Positions 8,280-17,230 of a stretch of DNA of 64,000 nt are shown here, piece after piece. The notes beneath the pieces were generated by a model that saw only the letters and a list, made by a program, of their open reading frames with translations, was not told the origin of the DNA and searched no databases. The DNA comes from Gemmatimonas sp. (GTDB taxonomy: Bacteria; Gemmatimonadota; Gemmatimonadetes; Gemmatimonadales; Gemmatimonadaceae). Within the stretch, counting starts at the first letter, position 1; each line of letters opens with the position of its first letter. The position numbers and the translations under genes were made by a program. The stretch covers positions 10,859 to 74,858 of the forward strand of contig JAJKIR010000044.1 of the NCBI GenBank assembly GCA_021154325.1, in the 5' to 3' direction.

Positions 8280-9908
8280 ATGATACCGAGCTCTCTCTCT
8301 CGCCTCCGCCTTTTCATCGTCGCGATTGCAGCGCTGTCGTTAGGTAGCACAACAGCTCGTGCCCAGGCGCGGCAGCCCGGGGCCGCGCCACGCGACACGA
8401 CCACGCGCGCCACACGCGACACCCTGCGCTCCGCCGTTCGCGATTCGCTCCGTCCCAGCACGCGCGACTTTCTCTCCCTCGTGGAAGCGCCGCCGGTCGT
8501 GACGCATCACACGATGCGGCTCCGTGGAACTTCAGTCGGCTATACCGCGACCACGGGGATGCTGCCGATCCGCAATGACACGACAGGCGTCGTCGAGGGA
8601 GGGATCTTCTTCGTCGCCTATAATCGTGAGGCTGTGGGAGACCAAAGCGCGCGGCCGCTCACCTTCGTGTTCAACGGGGGACCAGGATCCTCGACGGTCT
8701 GGCTGCACATGGGTGCGTTCGGGCCGAAGAAGGTGCGACTCAATCCGGACGGCACCAATCCGCCCCCTCCTTACAATTACGAAGACAATCAATCGACACT
8801 CCTCGACCAGACGGATCTCGTCTTTCTCGATCCCGTCGGCACGGGATTCAGTCGCGCCGCGCGTCCCGAGCTCGGTCCCAAGTTCTGGGGTCTCGACGAG
8901 GACATCCGCGCCGTCGGTGAGTTCGTGCGGCTGTATCTCACGCGCTTCGATCGGTGGGGCTCGCCGAAGTTTCTCGCCGGCGAGAGCTACGGCACGACGC
9001 GCGCGGCGCATCTCAGTGGCTACCTCACCGACCGCGGCATCGCGCTCAACGGCGTCGTGCTCATCTCGACGGTGCTCAACTTCGGCGCCTCGGCGATGGA
9101 TGCGGGGAACGACCTCGGCTTCATCAACTTCCTTCCGTCGTACGCCGCGACCGCGTGGTATCACAAGAAGCTTCCCGCCGATCTCCAGAAGTTGACCGTC
9201 GATCAGGTGACGAGCCAGGCAGAGCGCTGGGCCGAGACTGACTATGCGCGTGCTTTGATGCGCGGCGCGCGCCTCACCGACGCGGAGCGTCGCTCCACGG
9301 CTGAACAACTTGCGCGGTTCACCGGCACGACGCCGTCGTTCGCCGAGCAGAACGACCTCCGCATCACGCTCGGCCGCTTCGATCAGGAGCTGCTGCGCGA
9401 CAGGCACGTCACCGCCGGTCGGCTCGACAGCCGGTTTACATCCTACTCAACCGACCAAGGCGCCGAGCGCGGCCAGTTCGATCCGAGCGACGCGTCGATT
9501 CGCAATGCGTTCACGCCTGTGTTGAGCGAATACGTACGGCGCGAGCTCGGCTATCGGAACGAGGACGTCTATTACATCCTCGGCGGCGGCATCGGACGGT
9601 GGCGCTACCCGCAGAACAACGGCTATGCCAACGTCGTCCCGTCGCTCGAGCGCGCGTTCGCCAAGAACCCGGAGATGAAGCTGTACGTCGCGGAAGGGTA
9701 CTACGACATGGCGACGCCGTACTTCGCCGTCGAGTACACGCTCGCGCACATGTCGGTCGATCCACGCATCCGCGCGGGGATCATGACGGAGCGCTTCGAG
9801 GCCGGGCATATGGTCTACATCGATTCGCCGTCGATGACGAAGCTCCGCGAGGGGCTGCGGAAGTTCATCGACGGCGCATTGCCCCAAGCCCAGCGGGCGC
9901 AACGCTAG
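8280..9908 (+). CDS. Secreted peptidase S10 (serine carboxypeptidase) family protein
   Basis: In-frame portion of track ORF 7446..9908, started at ATG 8280 (MIPSSLSRLRLFIVAIAALSLGSTTARAQ signal peptide). It contains FNGGPGSSTVWLHMG and the catalytic-serine motif LAGESYGTTR. The upstream 278 codons of the ORF are a shadow frame over the TSUP gene. Confidence 0.85.
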   Translation: MIPSSLSRLRLFIVAIAALSLGSTTARAQARQPGAAPRDTTTRATRDTLRSAVRDSLRPSTRDFLSLVEAPPVVTHHTMRLRGTSVGYTATTGMLPIRNDTTGVVEGGIFFVAYNREAVGDQSARPLTFVFNGGPGSSTVWLHMGAFGPKKVRLNPDGTNPPPPYNYEDNQSTLLDQTDLVFLDPVGTGFSRAARPELGPKFWGLDEDIRAVGEFVRLYLTRFDRWGSPKFLAGESYGTTRAAHLSGYLTDRGIALNGVVLISTVLNFGASAMDAGNDLGFINFLPSYAATAWYHKKLPADLQKLTVDQVTSQAERWAETDYARALMRGARLTDAERRSTAEQLARFTGTTPSFAEQNDLRITLGRFDQELLRDRHVTAGRLDSRFTSYSTDQGAERGQFDPSDASIRNAFTPVLSEYVRRELGYRNEDVYYILGGGIGRWRYPQNNGYANVVPSLERAFAKNPEMKLYVAEGYYDMATPYFAVEYTLAHMSVDPRIRAGIMTERFEAGHMVYIDSPSMTKLREGLRKFIDGALPQAQRAQR

Positions 9909-9909
9909 C

Positions 9910-9937
9910 GCGGGACGCGGGACGCGGGACGCGGGAC
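9910..9937 (+). repeat. Four perfect tandem GCGGGAC heptamers (canonical G3N4G3N4G3N4G3 motif) immediately after the peptidase stop codon
   Basis: The sequence gcgggac gcgggac gcgggac gcgggac starts 2 nt after TAG 9906..9908. It belongs to the same heptamer family as 7241..7306 but sits on the opposite strand. Confidence 0.85.
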
Positions 9938-10028
9938 GCGCGTGATCTAGCGCAGTGACGGAGTACGTGCCCGGTCGTTAGTCTTCAGGAAGCGAAAACC
10001 CCGACTCGAGTCCCCAGACCCATCTCTC

Positions 10029-10202
10029 ATGGACGCCAAGCAGTTAGCCAAGTTGGTACGGCAGAACGCGGCCAAGGCCGAGAAGTTGGCGAAGGCGCGC
10101 CAGAGCCGCCGATACGACAAGACGCTGCCTCCGTCGCAGGACGACGATGCCGACGTCGAGCGCGAGCACTTTTTCAAAGAGATGAAGCGCCGCGAGTTCT
10201 AG
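10029..10202 (+). CDS. Small hypothetical protein (57 aa), Lys/Arg-rich
   Basis: Below the track size cutoff. My translation is MDAKQLAKLVRQNAAKAEKLAKARQSRRYDKTLPPSQDDDADVEREHFFKEMKRREF*. It is followed by a strong hairpin. I did not recognise a family, so coding status is uncertain. Confidence 0.3.
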   Translation: MDAKQLAKLVRQNAAKAEKLAKARQSRRYDKTLPPSQDDDADVEREHFFKEMKRREF

Positions 10203-10223
10203 GCGCTCGGCAGCTCCACAACT

Positions 10224-10279
10224 GATGCCTCGACATCCGACAACAAGGTTCACCGCCTCTTGTCGGAGGTCGAGGCATC
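10224..10279 (+). terminator. Hairpin (20-bp stem with 1 mismatch, 16-nt loop) followed by a T-rich tract
   Basis: GATGCCTCGACATCCGACAA (10224..10243) pairs with TTGTCGGAGGTCGAGGCATC (10260..10279), followed by tctctttg. It lies 22 nt after the small ORF stop. Confidence 0.45.
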
Positions 10280-10441
10280 TCTCTTTGTAGTGGCAACGAG
10301 GATTTCCAACCGCATTCGAGTAGTAATCCACGCGACTCTCAGCAAGCCGGCAACTACTCCCGGATAGAAGCATGGAAGTTGCGCATCACAAAAAGAAACG
10401 AAACGTACCGCAGCATCTCCAGCGGATGAGAGCTCGAAGCG

Positions 10442-11182
10442 ATGACGATTCCGAGATTCCGTCCTCCGCGACAAGCGCGCAGCCAAATGACGCTCGATCG
10501 GATCCTCGATGCGGCTGAGCGAGTCCTCGACGAAAAAAGCTTCACCGAGGCCACGGTTGCTCAGATCATGGAACGCGCCGGTGTAACCGTCGGCGCGTTC
10601 TACCGGCGCTTTCCCGACAAGGATGCATTATTGCACATGCTGGACGACCGCTTCTTCCGTGAGGTGAAGGAGCGGGGCGACGCGGTGCTCGATCCGATTC
10701 GTTGGAACGGCGAATCGATAGCTGACATTCTCATCGCTCTCGCGCGGGCGGCCGTCGAGATATACACGGCGAAGCGCGGCATAGCGCGCGGTCTCTTTCT
10801 GCGAGCACGCGTCGATCCGGTAATACAGGCAACCGGACGCGAGATGAACGCGCACTTCATCGAGCGACTGCGTGCGTTGCTGCTCGACCCCGCACGCCGG
10901 GCCGAGATCACGCACCCCGACCCTGAGCGTGCCGTTTCTCTCGGCTTCATGATGTTCTTCGGTGCTCTGCGAGAGACTACCGTATTCGGTGAGATCTGGC
11001 CGGACCACGACGAGATCGTCGGATCCGACCTCGCGGATGAGATGGCGCGACTCTACCTATGCTATCTGGGCGCGCGCGCTTCACTCACCCTGCGGAATGA
11101 GTCGGTGCCATCGCTCCCCGAGATGCAATGCCTCGCCTCCACAGTTTGCACCGAAGCCGTGGCATCGACCGCGTTGGGATAG
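10442..11182 (+). CDS. TetR/AcrR-family transcriptional regulator
   Basis: The N-terminal HTH reads RQARSQMTLDRILDAAERVLDEKSFTEATVAQIMERAGVTVGAFYRRFPDKDALL, followed by a helical ligand-binding domain. Confidence 0.85.
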   Translation: MTIPRFRPPRQARSQMTLDRILDAAERVLDEKSFTEATVAQIMERAGVTVGAFYRRFPDKDALLHMLDDRFFREVKERGDAVLDPIRWNGESIADILIALARAAVEIYTAKRGIARGLFLRARVDPVIQATGREMNAHFIERLRALLLDPARRAEITHPDPERAVSLGFMMFFGALRETTVFGEIWPDHDEIVGSDLADEMARLYLCYLGARASLTLRNESVPSLPEMQCLASTVCTEAVASTALG

Positions 11183-11197
11183 CCCTGCCGCCGGGGC

Positions 11198-11530
11198 CTA
11201 AGGGCGCGTACTCCGGTGTCGCTGCTGGATCGGCTCACCGAGAAGGCGCGTCAGCTCATCGGTCTCATCATCGGTGAAGGCATACACGCGGCGGGCGATC
11301 GCAAACGCCCGGTCAAAGGCGGAGCGATAGCGAATCGCCCGCCGCCGCGACAAGAAAGCCAGTGCCCAGCCCACCACGCCGAGCACGGCACAACCGACCG
11401 ACCAAAAGGTACACCAGCCCATGGCTGTGCAATCTCGCTGGTAGCAACGTTGACATGCAGGGTCGTAATCCGCCTTCGACCGCCCGGCACACGTTGCGAG
11501 CGCCGGAGGCATCGGCAGCGACCTCCCCAT
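11198..11530 (-). CDS. Hypothetical small membrane protein
   Basis: 110-aa ORF with one predicted TM segment (WCTFWSVGCAVLGVVGWALAFL). No recognisable family, start uncertain, could be non-coding. Confidence 0.3.
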   Translation of the reverse strand: MGRSLPMPPALATCAGRSKADYDPACQRCYQRDCTAMGWCTFWSVGCAVLGVVGWALAFLSRRRAIRYRSAFDRAFAIARRVYAFTDDETDELTRLLGEPIQQRHRSTRP

Positions 11531-11548
11531 CCTTGGAAGGATCGGCCG

Positions 11549-13309
11549 TCACTGCACGATGTTCGAGATATCCCCGGCGCCGTCGTCGGAGTTCGGCTGC
11601 TGGGCTAGACGCCGCATCTCGGGAAGCTGCATGGGCCGCTTCGAAATCGGCGGGGCTGCGGTTACCGAGTATCGGGCAATGCGCTTAATAGGAACTGGCG
11701 GCCATCGTTTGACGCCCATCTCGACATAAGCCTCCGCCACGGCGCCCGGTGTGGGCTCGCCGAATGCCTGACGCACCACCCAACCGCAAGCGATGCCGAT
11801 GCCCGCTACCACATAGTAGAACAGGTCAACCGGCACGCTGCACGCGGCAAATCGAACTCCACGTTCACGGGCGAAGAAGGCGAGCTGTGAACCGTTGCTC
11901 ACCAGCATGATGGCCAGGCAGCCGAGCGCGGCGAACGCGATGGGCAGACTGTGTTGGTGCCACGCCAGGACCCCACAGATCGCCCCGAGCCAGCTGACTC
12001 CGATCTTCAGATTCTTCGCTCGCCGTCGCCTCGGCGAGCCACCGGGATCCGTGAGCAGTTCCTGCTTTGCCAATCGCATTCGCGGCACGGCACGATCGAA
12101 GATCTCAGTCGCCACGATCCGGCGCAGTGTCCACTTCCGAATGTGCGTCGCACGAATCTCCGGGTGGGGGATGATGCGTGCCCCGAGACTTCGAAGGCGT
12201 TGCCCCAGCTCCAGATCCTCGAGCTGGCGACGTGAAAAATGCCATTCGTCGTATCCGCCAGCTTCCTCGAAGATCGAGCTCCGCACGATCCCGCAGGCAG
12301 ACGAGAAGATGCAGGGATCGTCAGCGGTGGACTCATGATAGAATCGCTGCACCAGACTGCGGTACTGCGATAGAAAGCCTCTCGTCATCGGCGACGCTTC
12401 GCACGATCCGAAAACGGCACCCACTTCGGGGTGCTGGCTCAGTACAGTGACCGCATTGCGGAGAGTGTCTGTCTGGACCATCACGTCGGCGTTGACGAAG
12501 CCGAGGAAATCGCCGAGCGTCAGCTCGAACCCGCGGTTTCGCGCGTAGCCGGGCCCTCGCGCACCCGGCCGAAGCCGGAGGAGCTTGTCCGCATACTGCG
12601 CGGCGACAACCGCTGTCTCGTCTGTACTGCCGTCATCGACGATCACCAGCTCCCAGGAGTCCCGCGCAAGATCGCTCAGTGCCAACGCCTGAAGCGCGAT
12701 CAGGAATCGCGGTCCGCCGTTGCGCACGGGCATGACGACGGAAAGATACGGATATGGAATCGACTCTTCAGTCGTGGAGATGGGAGCGCCAAGGACGCGG
12801 CCGCCCGTCTCTGCCCAGGTGCGCCAGTTTCGACAGAGCGTGGCGACGGAATGACATCTCACTGAGTCGCGATGATCGAGGAACAGGACGATGTCTCGGC
12901 TGCTGCGCTCGAAGCCAATGCGTCGCAGATCGCTCTCCGACGTGCCGGGCGCCGCGGCGATCCATGTGAACGAGGCAAACTCCTTAGCCAGTGCGGCGAG
13001 CTCGGAGCCGGCTCCCGCGTGCACAACGATGACCTGTGCATGTGCCTCGTCCCAGACCGCGGCGAACGCCTCGATGCAGCGGCGTAGGAGTGCCGTGTCC
13101 TTGAGCGAGATCAAAACGATGCTGAAGGCCGGCAGCTGCCTGCCGTCATTCGGCATTGCCTCGGCGCGTTGCGACGCCGCCAGTGCTGACCATAGGGAGG
13201 AGCTGGACGATGTCATGTCATCACGCCGGGTGCAAAGCGGGGACCGTTGCGCTCGCATGCGCGGGACTCTCAGCCTCGCCGGTGGGCACAGCGTACCCAA
13301 CAGCGACAT
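11549..13309 (-). CDS. Glycosyltransferase family 2 protein with a degenerate N-terminal GT2-like domain and C-terminal TM segments
   Basis: The central domain reads LSVVMPVRNGGPRFLIALQALALSDLARDSWELVIVDDGSTDET...GPGYARNRGF...FVNADV, a GT-A fold with DxD. The N-terminal region FSIVLISLKDTALLRRCIEAF...LFLDHRD looks like a second GT2-like fold. Start uncertain; internal Met candidates exist. Confidence 0.8.
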   Translation of the reverse strand: MSLLGTLCPPARLRVPRMRAQRSPLCTRRDDMTSSSSSLWSALAASQRAEAMPNDGRQLPAFSIVLISLKDTALLRRCIEAFAAVWDEAHAQVIVVHAGAGSELAALAKEFASFTWIAAAPGTSESDLRRIGFERSSRDIVLFLDHRDSVRCHSVATLCRNWRTWAETGGRVLGAPISTTEESIPYPYLSVVMPVRNGGPRFLIALQALALSDLARDSWELVIVDDGSTDETAVVAAQYADKLLRLRPGARGPGYARNRGFELTLGDFLGFVNADVMVQTDTLRNAVTVLSQHPEVGAVFGSCEASPMTRGFLSQYRSLVQRFYHESTADDPCIFSSACGIVRSSIFEEAGGYDEWHFSRRQLEDLELGQRLRSLGARIIPHPEIRATHIRKWTLRRIVATEIFDRAVPRMRLAKQELLTDPGGSPRRRRAKNLKIGVSWLGAICGVLAWHQHSLPIAFAALGCLAIMLVSNGSQLAFFARERGVRFAACSVPVDLFYYVVAGIGIACGWVVRQAFGEPTPGAVAEAYVEMGVKRWPPVPIKRIARYSVTAAPPISKRPMQLPEMRRLAQQPNSDDGAGDISNIVQ

Positions 13310-13524
13310 CTCGCACCGGGCGGGCGATGATCATAACGGGGGCACGGAGACAGCTGGTTCGATCGTCCACGAAAGGAGTGGGTCAGTCGTTAGGCAGGGG
13401 CGGATCTCCCCGTCGAGCGACGCCGACGGCTCCGAGCTTCGGGATCCCGCGGCCATATAATAGAAGTGGTGAATCATCCCCAATCGAGTTTCGCGCGCTC
13501 GATGCAGAATCCATTTGCAAACGA

Positions 13525-13576
13525 GAATCGGGATTCCGTTTCGAAGAGGAGATCAGTCACCGGACAGAATCGATTC
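13525..13576. promoter_or_regulatory. Two GAATC/GATTC palindromes in the divergent intergenic region (GAATCggGATTC at 13525..13536; GAATCGATTC at 13567..13576)
   Basis: Read directly. Further single GAATC/GATTC half-sites lie near 13507 and 13654. They sit in the AT-richer 450-bp region between divergent genes, so they are candidate regulator sites. Confidence 0.25.
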
Positions 13577-13706
13577 GGAGCGTTATCAAATCATAAATCG
13601 CGCGGGCGTTCCGCTGTTTCGCATTCGGCGCGCCAGAGGTGGAAACGGCGCCCGATTCACGAAACGCGAACGATTGCCGCGTTCTTTCCCGCGCGTCGCG
13701 CAGTCT

Positions 13707-13722
13707 TGGCGCACTTTTGGCA
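13707..13722 (+). promoter_or_regulatory. Sigma-54-like -24/-12 element (TGGCGC-N5-TGGCA)
   Basis: TGGCGCACTTTTGGCA compared with the consensus TGGCAC-N5-TTGCA keeps the GG and GC dinucleotides at correct spacing, with two mismatches. It lies 53 bp upstream of ATG 13775. Weak evidence only. Confidence 0.25.
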
Positions 13723-13774
13723 CGCGCGATAACGCACATTCGAATGACTGAACCTCGACGTGGAGGCGCGACGC

Positions 13775-14971
13775 ATGAAGACTCTCGATGCACCCGACAT
13801 CGCGGCGGTTCGATCGGAGCATCCCAGCGTCCGCGCCCGGTTCGTCGCCGCTACCGCCTCGGAACATGCCGCTGAAGTGGATCGCGATTCGCGGTTCCCA
13901 CGGGAGACCTTCGCTGCCGCGCGTCAGCACCGGCTCTTGAGCATGTTGGTCCCGACGGAGCTGGGCGGAGATGGTGCATCTGTCTCCGACGCGGTCGACG
14001 TCTGCTACATGCTGGGCATGGCGTGCGGGTCGTCGGCGATGATCTTCGCCATGCACCAGATCCAGGTCGTCATCCTGCTGCGCCACGCCAAGAATAGTCC
14101 GTGGCACCAGCAGTTGCTGAAACGGCTCTGCGACGAGCAGCTGCTGCTCGCGTCGTCGACGACCGAGAACCAGATGGGCGGGGCGGTTCGCGCCAGCGTG
14201 TGCGCGGTCGAGCGCGACGGACCACGCATGTCGTTGGTCAAGACGGCGACCGTGATGTCTTACGGCGCCGAAGCAGATGGAGTGCTCGTCACCGCTCGCC
14301 GAACGCCCGACTCACAACCATCCGATCAGGTGCTGGTAACGCTCCTCAAGGATGATTATGAGCTCGAGAAGATCAAGGAGTGGGACACGATGGGCATGCG
14401 CGGCACCTGCAGCACGGGCTTCACGCTGCGCGCATCGGCTGCCGCCGACCAAGTGATCCCCGAATCGTATGAGCGCATCCATCCGCAGAGCATGGTGCCG
14501 ATCGCGCACCTGACGTGGAGCGGCGTGTGGTCCGGCATCGCGGCGGGGGCGGTGGCACACGCGCGGCGGTTCGTGCGCAAGGGCGCCGCGCAGGGTAGCG
14601 CCGCGCAGGCGCCGGGTGCGTCGCACCTCACGAGAGCAATGATGTTGCTCCGCGCCCTGCGTGGCAGCATCGCGGCCGCGGCAGCGGGCTACGAGAGTGC
14701 AGCGGTCGAGCCGGAACGCCTCGAGGCGATGGATTTTCAGGCGGGGATGAATTTGCTCAAGGTCAATTCGTCCGAGACCGCGATCGCAACGGTGCTACAC
14801 GCCTTGCAGGCCTGCGGACTGTCGGGCTATCGGAACGACGGCGAGTTCAGCGTCGCGCGGAATCTCCGCGATGTGCTCTCGTCGTCGATCATGATCAACA
14901 ACGAACGCATCCTCGCCGGCGCGGCGAGCTCGCTGCTGCTCTTCGAGGTACCTGCCCGCCTCAGAGACTGA
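13775..14971 (+). CDS. Acyl-CoA dehydrogenase-fold flavoprotein (possibly acyl/aminoacyl-carrier-protein dehydrogenase or flavin monooxygenase component)
   Basis: The track ORF starts at GTG 13760. I prefer ATG 13775, preceded by GGAGG at 13762..13766. ACAD N-, middle and C-terminal domain features are present (DRDSRFPRETFAAARQHRLLSMLVPTELGG; ...GYRNDGEFSVARNLRDV...). By eye, the canonical MCAD-type catalytic Glu position (IYEGT) reads IMINNE. Confidence 0.85.
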   Translation: MKTLDAPDIAAVRSEHPSVRARFVAATASEHAAEVDRDSRFPRETFAAARQHRLLSMLVPTELGGDGASVSDAVDVCYMLGMACGSSAMIFAMHQIQVVILLRHAKNSPWHQQLLKRLCDEQLLLASSTTENQMGGAVRASVCAVERDGPRMSLVKTATVMSYGAEADGVLVTARRTPDSQPSDQVLVTLLKDDYELEKIKEWDTMGMRGTCSTGFTLRASAAADQVIPESYERIHPQSMVPIAHLTWSGVWSGIAAGAVAHARRFVRKGAAQGSAAQAPGASHLTRAMMLLRALRGSIAAAAAGYESAAVEPERLEAMDFQAGMNLLKVNSSETAIATVLHALQACGLSGYRNDGEFSVARNLRDVLSSSIMINNERILAGAASSLLLFEVPARLRD

Positions 14972-14972
14972 C

Positions 14973-15884
14973 ATGTCGACAACCCAGATTTCGACCGATC
15001 GCCTCGAGGCGATCACCTCGACCATCCTGCAACCGACCGCCGCCGCTGGTGTGCAGGGTCGGACGGGCCGTTTCGAGGAAGTCATCGCGGGCCTGACGAG
15101 CCTCATCACGCGTCACCGGCCGAGCGGCGCGGAAGTGCTGCGCTTTCCGCCCGTCATGAGTCGCGCGCTGCTCGAGAAGTCGGGCTACCTGAAGAGCTTC
15201 CCCCATCTCCTCGGCGTAGTCAGCTCGATGACGGGAACGGAAGCCAAGATCCGCGCACTCGTCGAAGGCCGCGCCGCGGAGCAGGAGTGGGTCGACGCGC
15301 TCGCCGCTACGGATCTCGTGCTGACGCCGGCCGCGTGCTATCAGGTGTACCCCATCGTCGCCGCACGTGGTGACGTTCCGATCACCGGCGTCATCGTGGA
15401 CGTGGAGTCGTACTGCTTCCGCCGCGAAACATCGGCCGAACTTGGCCGGATGCAGGCGTTTCGCATGCGAGAATACGTCTGCATCGGCGCGCCGGAGACC
15501 GCCGTCGCCTTCCGGGAGAGTTGGAAGGGCAAGGCGCAGCAGCTCGCCAACCAGCTCGGCCTGCCATTCACTCTGCTTCCGGCAAGCGATCCGTTCTTCG
15601 GACGCGCCGGCAAGTTGATGGCCGTGAACCAGGTTGAGCAAGCGCTGAAGTTCGAGCTCCTCGTGCCGGTCAATTCGGACGAGGCGCCGACCGCGTGCAT
15701 GAGCTTCAACTACCATCAGGATCACTTCGGCACAACTTGGGGGCTGCGCACCGACGGTGGCGCTGTTGCCCACACGGCGTGTGCCGCATTCGGCCTGGAC
15801 CGACTGACGATCGCGCTCTTCGCGACGCACGGGTTGGATTTCGAGGCGTGGCCGCTCACGGTGCGCGAGGCTCTCGGCATCTGA
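14973..15884 (+). CDS. Amino acid--[acyl-carrier-protein] ligase (truncated class II seryl-tRNA-synthetase-like catalytic core)
   Basis: 303 aa with no N-terminal tRNA-binding coiled coil. Class II motif 2-like sequence VESYCFRRETSAELGRMQAFRMREYV and motif 3-like sequence GLDRLTIALFATHG are present. It starts 1 nt after the ACAD stop and its stop overlaps the next start (TGATG). A carrier-protein gene lies in the same operon. Confidence 0.7.
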   Translation: MSTTQISTDRLEAITSTILQPTAAAGVQGRTGRFEEVIAGLTSLITRHRPSGAEVLRFPPVMSRALLEKSGYLKSFPHLLGVVSSMTGTEAKIRALVEGRAAEQEWVDALAATDLVLTPAACYQVYPIVAARGDVPITGVIVDVESYCFRRETSAELGRMQAFRMREYVCIGAPETAVAFRESWKGKAQQLANQLGLPFTLLPASDPFFGRAGKLMAVNQVEQALKFELLVPVNSDEAPTACMSFNYHQDHFGTTWGLRTDGGAVAHTACAAFGLDRLTIALFATHGLDFEAWPLTVREALGI

Positions 15885-17230
15885 TGCATCGCGAGACGAT
15901 CGCGCTCCATTTCGGCTACACGGCCGACGGCCACGCGCCAACCACCGCGGTACCGATCTATCAGTCTGCGGCGTACGAGTTCGAGAGTGCTGAACACGCC
16001 GCGGCGTTGTTCAATCTCGAGCGCGAGGGGTTTCGCTACTCACGCATCAGCAATCCAACGACGGACGTACTGGAGCGGCGCGTCGCAGCGATGGAAGGAG
16101 GACGTCAGGCGCTGTGTGTAGGGTCCGGACAGGCCGCGATGCACTTTGCGACGCTGAACGTGACCGCGCCGGGAACGAACATCGTTTCCGTTCCGCAACT
16201 GTACGGCACCACCTATACCCTCTTCGCCCATCTTTTTCCGACGATGGGCGTCACCGTCAAGTTTGCAGCGGACGACAGCCCCGAAGCCATCTCCGCGCTG
16301 ATCGATGATCAGACACGGGCGGTGTACTGCGAGAGCGTCGGGAATCCGGCCGGAAATATCTGCGATGTCGAAGCGCTCGCCGCAGTGGCACACGACCATG
16401 GCGTACCGCTCATCGTGGACAACACCGTCCCGACGCCGATTCTCCTTCGACCAATCGAGTACGGCGCGGACGTGGTCGTGCATTCGCTCACGAAGTTCAT
16501 GGGCGGCCATGGCACGACGATGGGCGGCATCATCGTCGATAGCGGGAAGTTTCCCTGGGCGAAGCACGCGCGGCGCTTCCCGATGTTCAACGAGCCCGAT
16601 CCATCGTACCACGATCTCGTCTACACGGAACACTTCGGCGATGCGGCGTATATCGGCCGTTGTCGCAGCGTGTACCAGCGGACACTGGGCTCGGTGCTCT
16701 CGCCGCTCAACGCATTCCTGCTGTTGCAAGGCATCGAGTCGGTGGCGTTGCGCATGGAGCGGCACGTGGAGAACGCGCGACGCGTGGCCGAGTTTCTTCG
16801 CGACGACCCCCGGGTCGAGTGGGTGAATTACGCCGGGTTTCCCGAGAGCCCGTACTATCACCTTGCTCAGAAGTATCTCGTTGGCCGGGCGTGCTCCATC
16901 CTGACATTCGGGATACACGGTGGCCTAACGGCTGGGACGCGCTTCTACAATGCGCTCGAGCTCATCAAGCGCGTCGTGAACCTCGGCGACTCGAAGTCGC
17001 TCGCCTGTCATCCCGCGTCGACCACGCACCGGCAGATGAGCGCCGCCGAGCAGCAGAAGGCCGGGGTGACACCGGAGACGATCCGACTCAGTATCGGCAT
17101 CGAGCACATCGACGACATCCTGGCGGATCTCGATCAGGCGCTCGACACGGCGGTGCCGAGTCAGGTGAAGCGCGGATCATCGTTAGGTGTACCGAGCGCC
17201 GCACCCGTGCCGACCGTGCTGGCACAATGA
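15884..17230 (+). CDS. metY: O-acetyl/O-succinyl-homoserine sulfhydrylase-type PLP gamma-replacement enzyme (MetY/Cys-Met metabolism family)
   Basis: In-frame part of track ORF 15695..17230, started at ATG 15884 ([33 protein letters not shown]...). It has [12 protein letters not shown] and the PLP-lysine motif [11 protein letters not shown]. Confidence 0.9.
   Translation: MHRETIALHFGYTADGHAPTTAVPIYQSAAYEFESAEHAAALFNLEREGFRYSRISNPTTDVLERRVAAMEGGRQALCVGSGQAAMHFATLNVTAPGTNIVSVPQLYGTTYTLFAHLFPTMGVTVKFAADDSPEAISALIDDQTRAVYCESVGNPAGNICDVEALAAVAHDHGVPLIVDNTVPTPILLRPIEYGADVVVHSLTKFMGGHGTTMGGIIVDSGKFPWAKHARRFPMFNEPDPSYHDLVYTEHFGDAAYIGRCRSVYQRTLGSVLSPLNAFLLLQGIESVALRMERHVENARRVAEFLRDDPRVEWVNYAGFPESPYYHLAQKYLVGRACSILTFGIHGGLTAGTRFYNALELIKRVVNLGDSKSLACHPASTTHRQMSAAEQQKAGVTPETIRLSIGIEHIDDILADLDQALDTAVPSQVKRGSSLGVPSAAPVPTVLAQ

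Noticed and set aside
7241-9937. Could the short tandem repeats be a CRISPR array?
   Set aside because: The period is only 7 nt with no spacers, and there are no cas genes in the window. They are simple tandem repeats.
10280-10441. Lower-GC 160-bp stretch upstream of the TetR gene as a possible small RNA or riboswitch
   Set aside because: I could not identify a conserved structure, a palindromic operator or terminator features. It is most simply the TetR promoter region.
15695-17226. Upstream extensions of the MetY ORF (15695..15883) and MetA ORF (16660..17226)
   Set aside because: The extensions overlap the preceding genes in other frames and are Arg-rich. Both proteins align from the internal ATGs that overlap the upstream stop codons.
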